DNA of 64,000 nucleotides from the human T2T-CHM13v2.0 reference genome, Homo sapiens: assembly GCF_009914755.1 (NCBI RefSeq), contig NC_060936.1, one strand, 5' to 3'. Below the pieces are notes generated by a model that saw only the letters and a list, made by a program, of their open reading frames with translations, searched no databases and was not told where the DNA came from. Made by a program: the position numbers and the translations under genes. Positions 1-13,600 of this stretch are shown one piece after another (position 1 is the stretch's first letter; each line of letters starts with the position of its first letter).

Positions 1-1986
1 TTTTTACTCAAAGGAATTCTTATGACATCAGGGTCATAACCTAGAAACTGATTGCATCATCTGCAGCCTGTATAGGTGACTTTACTAACTAGCTGGATAT
101 AGGGAGATAGTGTTTTAGTCCCAGTACGTGAGCAAAAAACCCATCCTAGGAAGCATAGCCCTGGGGCTGTCTGTCCTATTAATCCTGTTGGGGAATGTTT
201 AGTAGGGAAAACAAACAATTGAACTGAATATTGCAGGTCTGTGCAATCTAGTTACCTCTGAGAAACAGCTTGCTCTATTTTTTCAATTTCCCTTTTTGCT
301 GCAGGAGTTAAATACCTGAGAGAGTCTAAGGCTGTATTGCCCTTTAGGATAGAAAACAGGTTATGTAACTTATCAGTAGTTATGCCCAAGATGGGGCAAA
401 GCCAATTAATATCGCCCAGTAATTTTTGATAATCATTTAAGATATGCAAGTTGATAGTATTTAATTTAACCTTTTGAGGTCTAACTGACCAGAAAGTTAG
501 TATGTATCCAAGATATTTTCAAGGAGAAGACAATTGTACTTTTTCAGGTGCTATGACTAAACCTCTTAGCTATGTATTCTTTACGACAGAGGCTTATAAA
601 CTTAAAAGTACTGGCTCCGTTGGGGATGCTAGTAAAATATCATCTATAAAATGAATAATCTTGTATTTAGGAAATTCTTTTCTACTTGGGAGCAAAGCCT
701 GATTTACATGATACTGACACATGGTAGGACTGTTCAGCATCCCTTGAGGAAGCACTTCCCAATGAAATCAGTGAGCTGGCCTTTCATTATTGATAGCTGG
801 TATTGTAAACACAAATTTTTCTCTGTCCTGTTCTGCAAGGGGAATAGTACAAAAACAGTCCTTTAAGTTCATAATGACTACAGGCCAATCTTGAGGAATC
901 GCCACGGGGGAAGGGAGACCCTGTTGAAGGGGCCCTATAGGTTACAAATTAGCACTGATAGCCCGTAAGTCATGCAGAAATCTCCATTTGCCAGACTTTT
1001 GGGAAATGATGAAAATGGGCGAATTCCAAGGGCTGTTTGACGGTTCTGTATGGCTGGCTTTTAATTGCTCCTCAACTAATTCATGGGCCAACTAATTCAT
1101 GGGCTCTTTGTAATTTTTCTCCCTTTAAAGGCTACTGTTCTACCCAAATAGGATTTTGAGAGAGCCATGTCAGGGGGAGGAGAGGAATAACAGTGGCCAT
1201 TATTAGAAAGAGGTCTGCAGAATGACCTCAGTTAACCCTCTCATAAATGGGCTAGCAGCTGTTTTCTTTAATGCTTTTCCTTATCTCTTTATAAGTGCCG
1301 AAAGTAATGAGTTCATATACCCCATTGCCTTGTTGATCTTGCATTGCCAGGCAGGCTAAGAGCTCCCCTTCTAATGCTGCTACCTAAGACAGGGTCCCAT
1401 AGCTATAGTGTATCCCTTGTCTTTCTTCCAATTTATTGGAGGAGGGGCCTCAGGCAAAACCTCTGTTTCCCCTTTGGTATTTTTGCCCTTTACTGGTGGG
1501 GCTGAGGGAGAAGGAGGAGGCGGTAAGGTAGGTGACGGTTTCTCCTCCCTTCCCTTTTTAGGTTATTCTGTGTAGTGCGGGACCAAAGCAGCCCTAACTA
1601 AGGGCCATAACATTAGAGATGCTACTGGGACCTGATATCCTTGGGCATGATGTTAAGATTTCTCCACACTTGTTCTCAGAGCCCTATGTCTAGCATACCT
1701 TCTTCTGGGAACCATGGGTTATGGGAAACAGCAGTTTGCATTATGTCCCTTAATTGAGCCTGCGAAACTGGGGCTCCACTAGCTTTAAGCAGCTGTTTCA
1801 GTACTTTTATATACTGTTTCTGTTGAGCTGACAACCACTGTCCCATGATGAAACCCTAGCCTGAACAATTCCCTCGAACTTGGAAATCCCAAGCGGGCAC
1901 CAATGACTTACTGTGCAGTCTCTTAACCTTCGTTTTTGAGGGTTCCATCGCAATCCATTGCAGCCTTCCTCACACGGGGCACCACC
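1..1986 (-). mobile_element. HERV-K(HML-5)/HERVK22 internal region: leader, gag 5' part, deletion, then degenerate pol RT; continues beyond the window start
   Basis: On the minus strand the ATG at 1846 gives a betaretroviral MA (MGQWLSAQQKQYIKVLKQLLKASG...NPWFPEEG). RT motifs: [28 protein letters not shown] (FIDD at 639-650), LNDYQKLLGDINWL. Several stops and frameshifts. Confidence 0.85.
1967..1984 (-). promoter_or_regulatory. Retroviral primer-binding site, tRNA-Met
   Basis: The + strand reads TCCTCACACGGGGCACCA, which matches the recalled 3' 18 nt of elongator tRNA-Met including CCA. It lies 2 nt from the LTR end. A Met PBS is characteristic of HML-5. Confidence 0.85.
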
Positions 1987-2489
1987 TGCCGAGTCTGTCC
2001 CACAGACTCTGGCCGAGTGATGGATGAAAGAAGTACACTGACACAGGAATTTTGCGTGACAGCGTGGCTAGGGGACCGCATGGCTCAGCACCACCAACAA
2101 GAGAGTGCAGCAGCCACCAAGAGAGTGCAGCCCCCCTAAGCCAGCCCTGCTAGCATTTATTTAGTTCAGATTTAATGATAAAGGCTTGGAGCAAACACAA
2201 TTTGTGGGTAATGAACATTGTCGACCCCCCAAGTAGAGAGCAGTCCTGTGCATGAATAATCAAAGGTTGATTTCTAGAGAAAGGAGTAAACAAATTTATC
2301 TAGATAAATTCCTTTACATTCCCTTATCTACTCTTTTCTCTCAGACTCCTGATAAGAGAATCTGGCGGCCTTCAGCCATAATTCCCTTCGGAAGCTTTTG
2401 CAAAGCCTCCTGGCCTTCCAAGAAGGTTTGCATCTTTCCCTATAACTTTTTCTTACAACTTTTCCCACCACCCTGACCAAACTCCTACA
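1987..2489 (-). mobile_element. 5' LTR of the HML-5 provirus (LTR22 family)
   Basis: 503 bp; the minus strand runs TGTAGGAG...GGCA (TG...CA termini), has AATAAA at 2156-2161, and abuts the PBS. Confidence 0.85.
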
Positions 2490-2564
2490 GGAGGTGGCAA
2501 AAAAGTGATGTATAATGCAGGGAAGAAGGCTGAAAGAGAATGGATAGCAAATGGCTCTGTAGGT

Positions 2565-3000
2565 ATATTTGTTCATTGGGCACGTATTTGAGAATTTACC
2601 ATGTGTCAAGACACTGTTTTAAGTGCTGGGGAATCCAGAAGAAATAAAACAAATTTCCTCCCTTCGTGGAGTTTCCATTCTAAATAAAGGCATAAACATA
2701 AGTAAACAAATACACACCACATGTAAATATATATATATATACACACACACAAAATATATATATACACACACACATATGCATGCACATGTGTATTTATATG
2801 AAAGTGATAAAAGCTATAAAAAGGGCATAGAGATTAGAAATTTTCAGAGAAAGTCTCTTCGAGATGATAATAAACAGAGCAACCTTCGCACATATACTCT
2901 GGTGTAATTTTAAGTATCACTGGCTATGCAGAAAACAGTGAAGAAAAGCAGGAAGATCATTTAGAAGGCTTTTGCAGTAACCCAAAGACATGATTGAGTT
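2565..3000 (-). mobile_element. L2 fragment, interrupted by a (TA)/(CA) simple repeat at about 2725-2800
   Basis: Resembles the L2 3' end in antisense (atttgagaatttaccatgtgtcaagacactgttttaagtgctgggga); boundaries approximate. Confidence 0.5.
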
Positions 3001-3004
3001 GTAA

Positions 3005-3930
3005 TTTTTTAATAGCAATCTTGAAGTACATGTGACATACAATAGACTATACATGTTTAAAATACATAATTTGATAAGTTTCGGCATATGTATATTATCT
3101 GTGAGACCATAATTACAATTAAGATACTGAAAATATCCATCAACCCCTCAAATTCCTTGGATCCTTTTCTGATACCTCCCTCTTACCCCTTTTCACCCCA
3201 GCCTTCTCTAAGCAAAAGCTTTCTATCACTACAGATAATGTGCTTTTTCTAAAATTGTGTATGAATGGAATTATACTCTATGGACTCTCTCTTTTTTTTT
3301 TTTCTTGGCTTTTTTACTCTGCACAGTTATTTTGATACTCATTCATGTTGTTGTATGAATCAAAAACCCATACCTTGGTATGGCTGAGTAGTATTCCTTC
3401 ACGTAGATATACCACAGTTTGTTTATCCATTTACCTGTTGATGGATGTTTGGATTGTTCACAGTTTGGAGCTGTTACAAACATGGCTGTTACGAACATTC
3501 ATATACCAGTCTTTATGGATATATGTTTTCATTTCTCTTAGGTAAAAACCTGAGAGAAAAATGGCATGGTCATATGATTTCTGTATGTTTAACTTTTTAA
3601 AGGCTGCTAAATTATGTTCCAAAAAATGTATTTCCCACCAGCAGTATAGGAGAGCTCTCCTGCCTTTCTTAATTCTTCATTTGCTGAGAATTTTTAACAC
3701 AAGTAAATGTTGGATTCTGTCAAATGCTTTTGTGCACCATTTGAGATGATGATAAGGTTTTTATTTTTTTTGTCTGTTAATACAGTGGATATCATCAATT
3801 GATTTCATAATGTTAAAACAACCTTGCCTTCAGTAATACACAATTTGATTGTGACTTATTATCTTTATTATATTTTATTTGTTAAAATGCTATTAGTAAT
3901 TTTTACATCTATATTTATGAAGGATAGAGA
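3005..3930 (-). mobile_element. Old L1M 3' fragments
   Basis: Typical antisense L1M 3' sequence (gtttgtttatccatttacctgttgatggatgtttggattgtt; aaatgttggattctgtcaaatgctttt). Confidence 0.7.
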
Positions 3931-5281
3931 GTTCCTAGGAGATTCCAGATATTTATAAATTTATTTTTTTAAATAAATTGATAATTTTGTGGACAGGAAA
4001 TACTGAAACTCTACATAATTGCCTAAGCCATCAATGTGAGAATACTTCACTGTTGGGCAGCTAATATTTCACTGTTGGGCAGCTGTGTATTAGTCATACA
4101 CAGTTGCCTGAAAACTTCCCAGCCACATCACATTTGCATCCCTAGGCAGGATGACTGAGATCATATGTGAACCAGTGTCTAATAACTACTGTCATTTCAA
4201 ATAAATGGTGACTGTAAACCTGTGTACACAGGTGTTTGTTACTATTAAAAACACATGCAAACATTCATGCAGGTAAGTTGATAACCTTTAGCAGTGAGGT
4301 AAGTTCCCTTCTAAACAAAGTTCCTTTGTTTTCCTAGTGAAAATATGATATTAGAGATGTGAGGAGAGATAAGAAATGAAAGAGACTCAACTAGGATTCT
4401 GGAAAAATTAACTGATTATAGAAACCTAGTATTGACAAACTGAGACTACATTTGAGATTTGTGAGGTCCTCATTTACCATTGAATTAAAAGCTAGATTGT
4501 TAACTCATGCTGCTGTTGTTTTGGATAGGTACTGGTAAGAGTGGGCTTGTTCTTTGAAGTTCCTTTAGTTTCTTTAGTCATTTAAATGTCATTGATTTTT
4601 TACATCTTGCCTTCTTTTCTTACCTTTTGTTAATACTTAAATTTATCTTAAAAGTGATACTATTTTACCCTCTAGAATCTTAAAACTTTGTAAATTATAA
4701 AGAATTGCTTAGAAATTAGGTCTTTCATTTTATTAGCTGTATTGAGTGGCCTTTTTGATGCTAAACAATATCTAATTGCATCTCTGCTCTTTGAAAACAT
4801 AGGGCTGCTATACTCTAGTGTCTGAAGTCTACATTAATGACAATATCTCCTGGCCTTAATTCTAAGAGCATGATTTCAATGGATAGTAATTCACCTCATT
4901 TTTTATCTAAGTATATAACCTCTTTCTTTTCTAACATTGGTTGGGGATAATTTCAATAACATTTTAAATACTCAGCTGGCATAATTACAGTTTTATTTTA
5001 ACAAATTTTCAGTTTATTCTTAAATTCTTAGTGTATAATTTTTTCAGGTTCTATGTACCTTAGCTTTTCCTAAATAACATTCTGAGCTCTATAAACATAT
5101 GGTATGGATTTATCTGGTAAAAAAAAAAAAAAAGATATAAAAGCAAAGACTACCCCATATTTTTAATTGACAATAATAGTACATATTCATGGGATATATA
5201 GTGATGTTTTGATACATATAATGCAAGCAAATACCCTGATCTAATCACTATACTGCATATTTTATATGCAATTGGATAATA

Positions 5282-5460
5282 CAATGATTTTCAGCCCTGA
5301 TTCTACATCAGAATTGCCTTTGACACTTTTTATGAACATATTTTTGCAGATTTCATTTCTGAACATTATGTTTTGATGGACCTAGGTGGGGCTGAAGTAT
5401 CTGACTTTTTTTTAAACTACACAGGTATTCTGATTTGCAGCCAGAATTAAGAATGGCTAG
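5282..5460. mobile_element. MER5-type hAT-Charlie MITE, degenerate
   Basis: catcagaattgcc...ctaggtggggc...caggtattctgatttgcagccagaattaagaa resembles MER5. Confidence 0.55.
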
Positions 5461-6327
5461 CTTAAACGTTTTTTTTGCTTGACCCCTCCTGGCTCCATGA
5501 GACTCAGCAATACATCTAAAAAGAAAAAAATCTACTTCCTTACTCCTAAACTTATCTATAATCAAACCTGGACCGCATCTGCCAGTTTTTGTGCAGTGCA
5601 CACAATTGCCAGCCTAAAACATTATATAGCAAGTTCTTAGGACTGTTACTCAGGGAATGCCCAAGATATATATGCTTGGCCCCTATGTGTCCTAGGAGTT
5701 GCAGGCAAAGAATTATTGCACAATTGCAAAATAATTGGTATCACAAGGCAAGTAGTAATCATAATGAACCTTTTCATGTATTTTAGTTCGTGTTGAGTAT
5801 AAACTGTCTGATTTAAGATCTTCTACCTTCCTTCTATCATTATTCCAAACCTTTGAAATATTTACTGGCAAGTATATCTTTTTAAAAAGCTACTGTACAA
5901 TGAATCCTCATCTCTTTCCTATTTCAGCTACATTTTTTTTCCTATCCCTGAATAAATTTGCTGGGATTTTTACTTTCCACATCAGAAAATGAGACATAAG
6001 TTCCTGACATTCTAAAATTAACACAACCTTTTAAAAAAATCTAAAATTAATTTTAAGGAGTTAATTATCATTTAAAAGAGCTGGGCCACTGCATCTTAAG
6101 TAATACTATTATCATTATGTTCCATTATACTCTCATTCTAGCCACAGTCACAAAAATTTTTAAAAATCGAATGGCAAAGTTTTTTTTCAGTCTCTTTGCC
6201 CCTGTTCCACCATGATGCATATTTGTTATAACACTTGAAATAATTCTAAAAATCCTGATGATTCATTTTACTTGTAGAGTTGAGCTGTACCTTTTGAGTG
6301 AATTCCTAAGCTATGAGATTAAGTAAA

Positions 6328-6469
6328 TGGAAGCAAGCTTTAGTGTAGTAAAATACAATGAAGGAAGGTAATAAAAATTTCTTCATTACCTTTATCTCTG
6401 GAAGCAAGCTTTAGTGTAGTAAAATACAATGAAGGAAGGTAATAAAAATTTCTTCATTACCTTTATCTC
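6328..6469 (+). repeat. Perfect 71-bp direct tandem duplication
   Basis: 6328-6398 and 6399-6469 are identical (tggaagcaagc...cctttatctc). Confidence 0.95.
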
Positions 6470-6609
6470 TCTTATGTCTCAACTCTTCAAAAATCCATTC
6501 AAATAGTTTTTTCATGCCATGTATGTATTTTCTGTCTTTACATGCTTTAAGTAATTTTGTGTATACCATTGGTTTTAAGTTATAACAAGTTAAATTACAA
6601 GAACTTTAA

Positions 6610-6951
<342 letters not shown>

Positions 6952-7045
6952 TAGAATTATCTAGAAGGAAAATCTTTATCTTTTCTTCAGTTAGTTGATA
7001 TAAAAGTAAGTTTTATAAAGAATTACATTTTTCTAGCTTACTTAA

Positions 7046-7342
<297 letters not shown>

Positions 7343-8337
7343 GTAGCTCACTTAATTTTAAAAATTGTTTTTATAGTCCATTTGTAAAAACTAAATTCAT
7401 AAAGTATGAATTTTAGATATTCTTGATTATGAGTTATCAGCAAGTTAATGACTTTAAATAAATATAATTTTATTTATGTATATTAAGCATACAGTTCAAC
7501 ATTATTCCTATCAAAAAATAAAGTGATAAAATTAGTAGATACATCTCTTACTATATTGTGTCCATCAGTTGTTAGAATAAGATTCATTAAATATAAGGTA
7601 GTATCGAAATTGGAAGATCTTACCCTATGTCAATTTTCATGTTATCAGCAAAATATTTCTGGGTTGTGACCGTAGGATAGTTAATTTATTCCAGAATACT
7701 AAGGACTCACTTGTCTGGTGAAGTTTGGAAATTAAACAGTCTGATTATTAAGTTAAGGTTTTTATAATACATAGTATATATGGATCGAGACTTCCAGTGA
7801 ACACAATAAATTAGATATGATAAAAACCAATAACAAATACAATTTAACTGTTACAGTTAAGGATTAAAATAATCCTTAAAATGTCATACAGTTCAACTTT
7901 AAAAAAAATTAACTATCCTATCACTATTAATATTACTATAAATATTATTACAATTGAGAAAACTTCAGCCCAGCTTAAGCTATTTTTTCTGAGGACATAA
8001 GACTATGCCACTAATTTTACCACTTTGTTAAAAATAAATAATAAAAATGTAAAAGAAAACACACACAAAAATGTGAATAAAAATATTTTACTTACAGTAT
8101 CCTCAAAAATGTAAATAAAATAGTACTTTGTGGCATTAAGGATATATTTTTTCATTCATGCCACCTCAGTGGATTATTAGCTTTTTATTTGTATCTGTCT
8201 TTTTCTGAAGTCAAACAAATCAGAACTTTTAGAAGTCAAGGTATCTTAGGTTTAGTCAAAACAGGAGTAGAACCCTGATCTCTCAGTCCAGTGTATTTTT
8301 TACAGTATGTTCTGAGTTATTTTGAATTAGCCAATAG

Positions 8338-8640
<303 letters not shown>

Positions 8641-9658
8641 TGAATTGGTTTTTTTTGAAAAAAAATTATGTTTTTAATAATCTTACTTAGCAACCAAGTG
8701 CATAGAAGAGCATAACTTTTTAGACTGACAGTCAGATTTTATTGATTTGAAATTAACAAGGGGAATCCCTAACTTGTAATAGCCAACTTAGGTTTTGTAT
8801 TAAGGAAAGGGTAGAAGCAGCTCTGTCTTAGTTGCATTTTCTTCCCATCACCAAAATTGTTCTTTTCCTATTTAAATTAAAACTTGAAACTTACATTTTA
8901 TAATAGTTACTTCTAATATCAAACTCTCAGGAACTTTCTTGTTTTTAGAGTTGATTGGTTATTGATGCCTTTGACACAAAGAAAACATCTTGGTTCTCAG
9001 CAAAAAAAAAAGTTTTCTGGCACCACATGTTAAAACTTCATTTATTTTCTCATGTATGTGTTATCATTTGTATTACTTTTGAGGAAAAATGTGTTTTTAA
9101 ACTTCGTTTTGTAGCCTGGTCCAGAAAACTAATAGTAATTTGTAACATTTTTTCCTTTGGGGAAAGTACATTCTGAATTTAAGTTTTTGAGATAAAATCT
9201 GTTTGTAAGTTGGGGTTTTCTTTGTTCCGCCGTGCCTATTGAGTTTATTAGCAGGGTTGTATCTATAAATAACACCTGTCATGTATTAATTCATAAAGAA
9301 CTATTCAACAATCTCTACATTAAAAAAATAATATTTTGGACAAACATTCATTCTAGAAGTGGTTTTAATGAGAATATTAATTGTTGTTCCTTTTATTTCT
9401 GTGCTGATACTATAGGAAAGAGTAGTATTATAAGAACAACTCTCATATCACTACTTAAATATTATTTGTACATATGTAAAAATAATTCTTTAAGCAAAAT
9501 TACTTTTTAAAATTTTCTAACAGAAAATAGAACCACACTAGAAAGATTTATACAATGGTTTCTTAACTGGTCCTCAATTCTAAGTGTGTTCCTCAAAGTT
9601 ATCTACAGGTCAGATTAATCCCTCCCACTCTACCTGTTCAGCTTTTTTTTAGTCCTTT

Positions 9659-9957
9659 TTCTGTTTGTTTGTTTGTTTGTGACAGAGTCTCACATTGTTA
9701 CCCAGGCTGGAGTGCAGTGGTGTGATCTCGGCTAACTGCTACCTCTGCCTCCTGGGTTCAAGTAATTCTTGTTCCTCAGCCTCACTATTAGCTGGGACTA
9801 CAGGCGCGTGCCACCATGCCTGGCAAATTTCTGTATTTTTAGTAGAGACAGAGTTTTGCCATGTTGGTCAGCTGGTCTCCAACTCCTGACCTCAAGTGAT
9901 CTGCCCACCTCAGCCTCCCAAAGTGCTGGGATTACAGGAACGAGCCACCATGCCCAG
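9659..9957 (-). mobile_element. AluS
   Basis: Antisense Alu dimer with a (TTTG)n tail. Confidence 0.92.
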
Positions 9958-10543
9958 CATTTTTCTTTTTTTTTTTTTCTTTTTTTTTTTTAAGAATGGT
10001 CGTATTATAAGAAGACATTGATGAGGACTAAATTAATATAAGAAGGGGTTACAGATTTTTAATATTTTGGTTTTTTGCATAGTGAGCCTTCTATTATACA
10101 TTCAAATATTGGAATTTCTCTTACCACTACTATATGTCATTTTTTTCTTCTAATGCTGTTATTTTGTCACCTGACAAATTCATTAATCTTTCACTCTGGC
10201 TAGCTGCCCTTTTTCTGATGCAGTTTAGTCTGTCTCCTTTTTAAGATAAAGTCAAAGAATATATTTGCTCTGTCCTCCTTCCTGGATTCCTCCTGATAGG
10301 TTGCCCTCTGAAATCAGGCATAATTTTTTTCTTCTTAAATAATATTTGAAAATATATCAAGCCAAATATACTGAACTAAGGAGTTCAGATTTGAGGACAG
10401 TTTCAAAGAGTTGTTTTCGAAAGAGAGTTTTTTAAGAGTCTGAGTTAAGAGAAAAAAAAGCTGTATGTGGAAAGGCTTAAAACTTGGCAAAAATTGTATC
10501 TACAAACTGAGATGGTAATGTTGTAAGTAAAGCTTGTGTTTGA

Positions 10544-10825
<282 letters not shown>

Positions 10826-11891
10826 TAATATAATAAGACCTTAATTTAACTTTATTACCCATAGCAAACACTTTATGTATTGACAGTTTATAGCAATACT
10901 GTGCTTAACTGATTTATAGAAAGAATATTTAAAATACTTGAAGTAAACTATTTTCAAGTAACATGCATTCTAACATATGATAATACTGATTTTTAATTCT
11001 TCTGGCATGTGTTAAGACTAATTTTTCAGGCAGTCTATTAAGCAACATTAACTATTTTGTCATTTTATATACATAAACATAATGTAACTTATATATAAAC
11101 TCTCCAAATAATATGAACTTGTGAAATTTTTTACATAATTGGCTGTGAGGAGCCAAGAGCATATGTTTTCAAAAAAATAGCATTTTATTTTCTTTTGATT
11201 CATAAGAGCAAATACTTTTGGCACCATTTTATATCCAGTTTTACTACGTTTTCTGAGATGTTGTAATTTTTTATATTTCCTATAATTTAGCAAAACTAAA
11301 TTATTAACCACAGTAAATCTGGATCCTTCATCCATATTTTATATAGGAATTTCAGTTCTGCCTCATAAGATAGTGTATATGATTTATAATCTTTTTAATT
11401 TATAAATTAGAAAAATCTATTATAATGTTTAGTTATTTCTTAGATACATTTCGTAAAACTTTTGTAAAATATGAAAGAATCATAAAGTCGTAGTATTTTA
11501 GAGCTAAAGAGGACCTTTGAGTTTGCATTTGCCAGTCTTCTATTTAGTAGAGTGAAAACCAAATAGATTTTATGACTGCCCCAAAGTCATATGGCTAAAT
11601 AGGTAACCCAAGACAAGAACTGAAGCCTCCTGATTTATTTTCAAATTTTCTTTATCCATCGTGCTGCCAAATAAAAGAATAGAGAGAAGTCTTTATGCCT
11701 GGTGTCCAAAAAAGTAGAAATTTGGAGAAAAGCTAATATTTTTGTAAGGTTTTCTACCTTGATAATCATGAAGGATGCTCATTATTCGACACAAGATTGT
11801 ACTATAAGGTTTGTAATTGTAGAACTTGAACTTTTTTGTTTTTTTGGCTTTTTTTTTGCAATAGAAATTATCTCAATGGAGATTTGTTTCC

Positions 11892-12180
11892 TGCCAGGCA
11901 GTGGCTGATGCCTGTAATCCTAACACTTAGGGAGGCCAGGGTGGGGAGGATCACTAGAGGCCAAGAGTTTGAGAATAGCCTAGGCAACATAGTAAAACTC
12001 TGTCTCCACAAAAAATTTTAAAATCAGCAAGAAATGATGGCACATGCCTGTAGTCCCAGCTACTCGGGAAGCCAAGGTGGGAGGATTGCTTGAGCCCAGG
12101 AGTTTGAGGTTACAGTGACCTGTGGACACAGCACTGCCCTCCAGCCTGAGTGACATAGTGAGACCCTGTCTCAAAAAAAA
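11892..12180 (+). mobile_element. AluJ
   Basis: J-type diagnostics (ggaggattgcttgagcccaggagtttgaggttacagtga); flanking tgtttcct is repeated. Confidence 0.9.
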
Positions 12181-12775
12181 GAAGATACATGTTTCCTAAA
12201 TCCTAATTTTATAGCCCTATATTTAATGGTATGTTTTTGTCCTCGAAACATTCCTAAAACTTTGAAGTAACATTTTTTAAAATGTGATACAGTCATTCTG
12301 AAGCTTTTTTCTACCCAGTAATAGTTACTATTTGCTGAACATTTTTTCGATATACAACATACAATTATTAGAAAACTCAGTTAACCCAGAGAAGTTAAGT
12401 AACATGTTCAGTGTATAAAGTCATAATGTTATCAGAATCAAGATTGAATACATGTCTTTGTTGGCAAATCCCATGCTTCTTTTTCTGAATTCTCTATTTT
12501 CCTTCTATTTCCAATTGAATTCTAAATTATAAGAGACATTTCTCTCCTTTTGGTTTCTGAAGCACTGTTACTGCTTTAAAGGAAAAGAAATAAGCTATCT
12601 TTTTACTGTTTCAAATATTTTGCTTTTCCTATGAAGACTTCGAGATTTTTGCTTTCTACTTTTTTTAACTATGGAAATTAGTTGTTTTGAAGCTGTCTTT
12701 TTGTAATCTAAGTATTTGAAAATGGCTTTGTTCCTCACATTTAATTATTTTATTAACAATATATTTTTTCTTTAA

Positions 12776-13600
<825 letters not shown>

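Noticed and set aside
1886-1903. Second PBS-like motif (TGGTGCCCGCTTGGGA, minus strand)
   Set aside because: About 80 nt from the LTR and only a partial tRNA match; the true 18/18 PBS is at 1967-1984.
6328-6469. Repeat with an internal palindrome, considered as CRISPR-like
   Set aside because: Two abutting copies with no spacers, in a primate intron.
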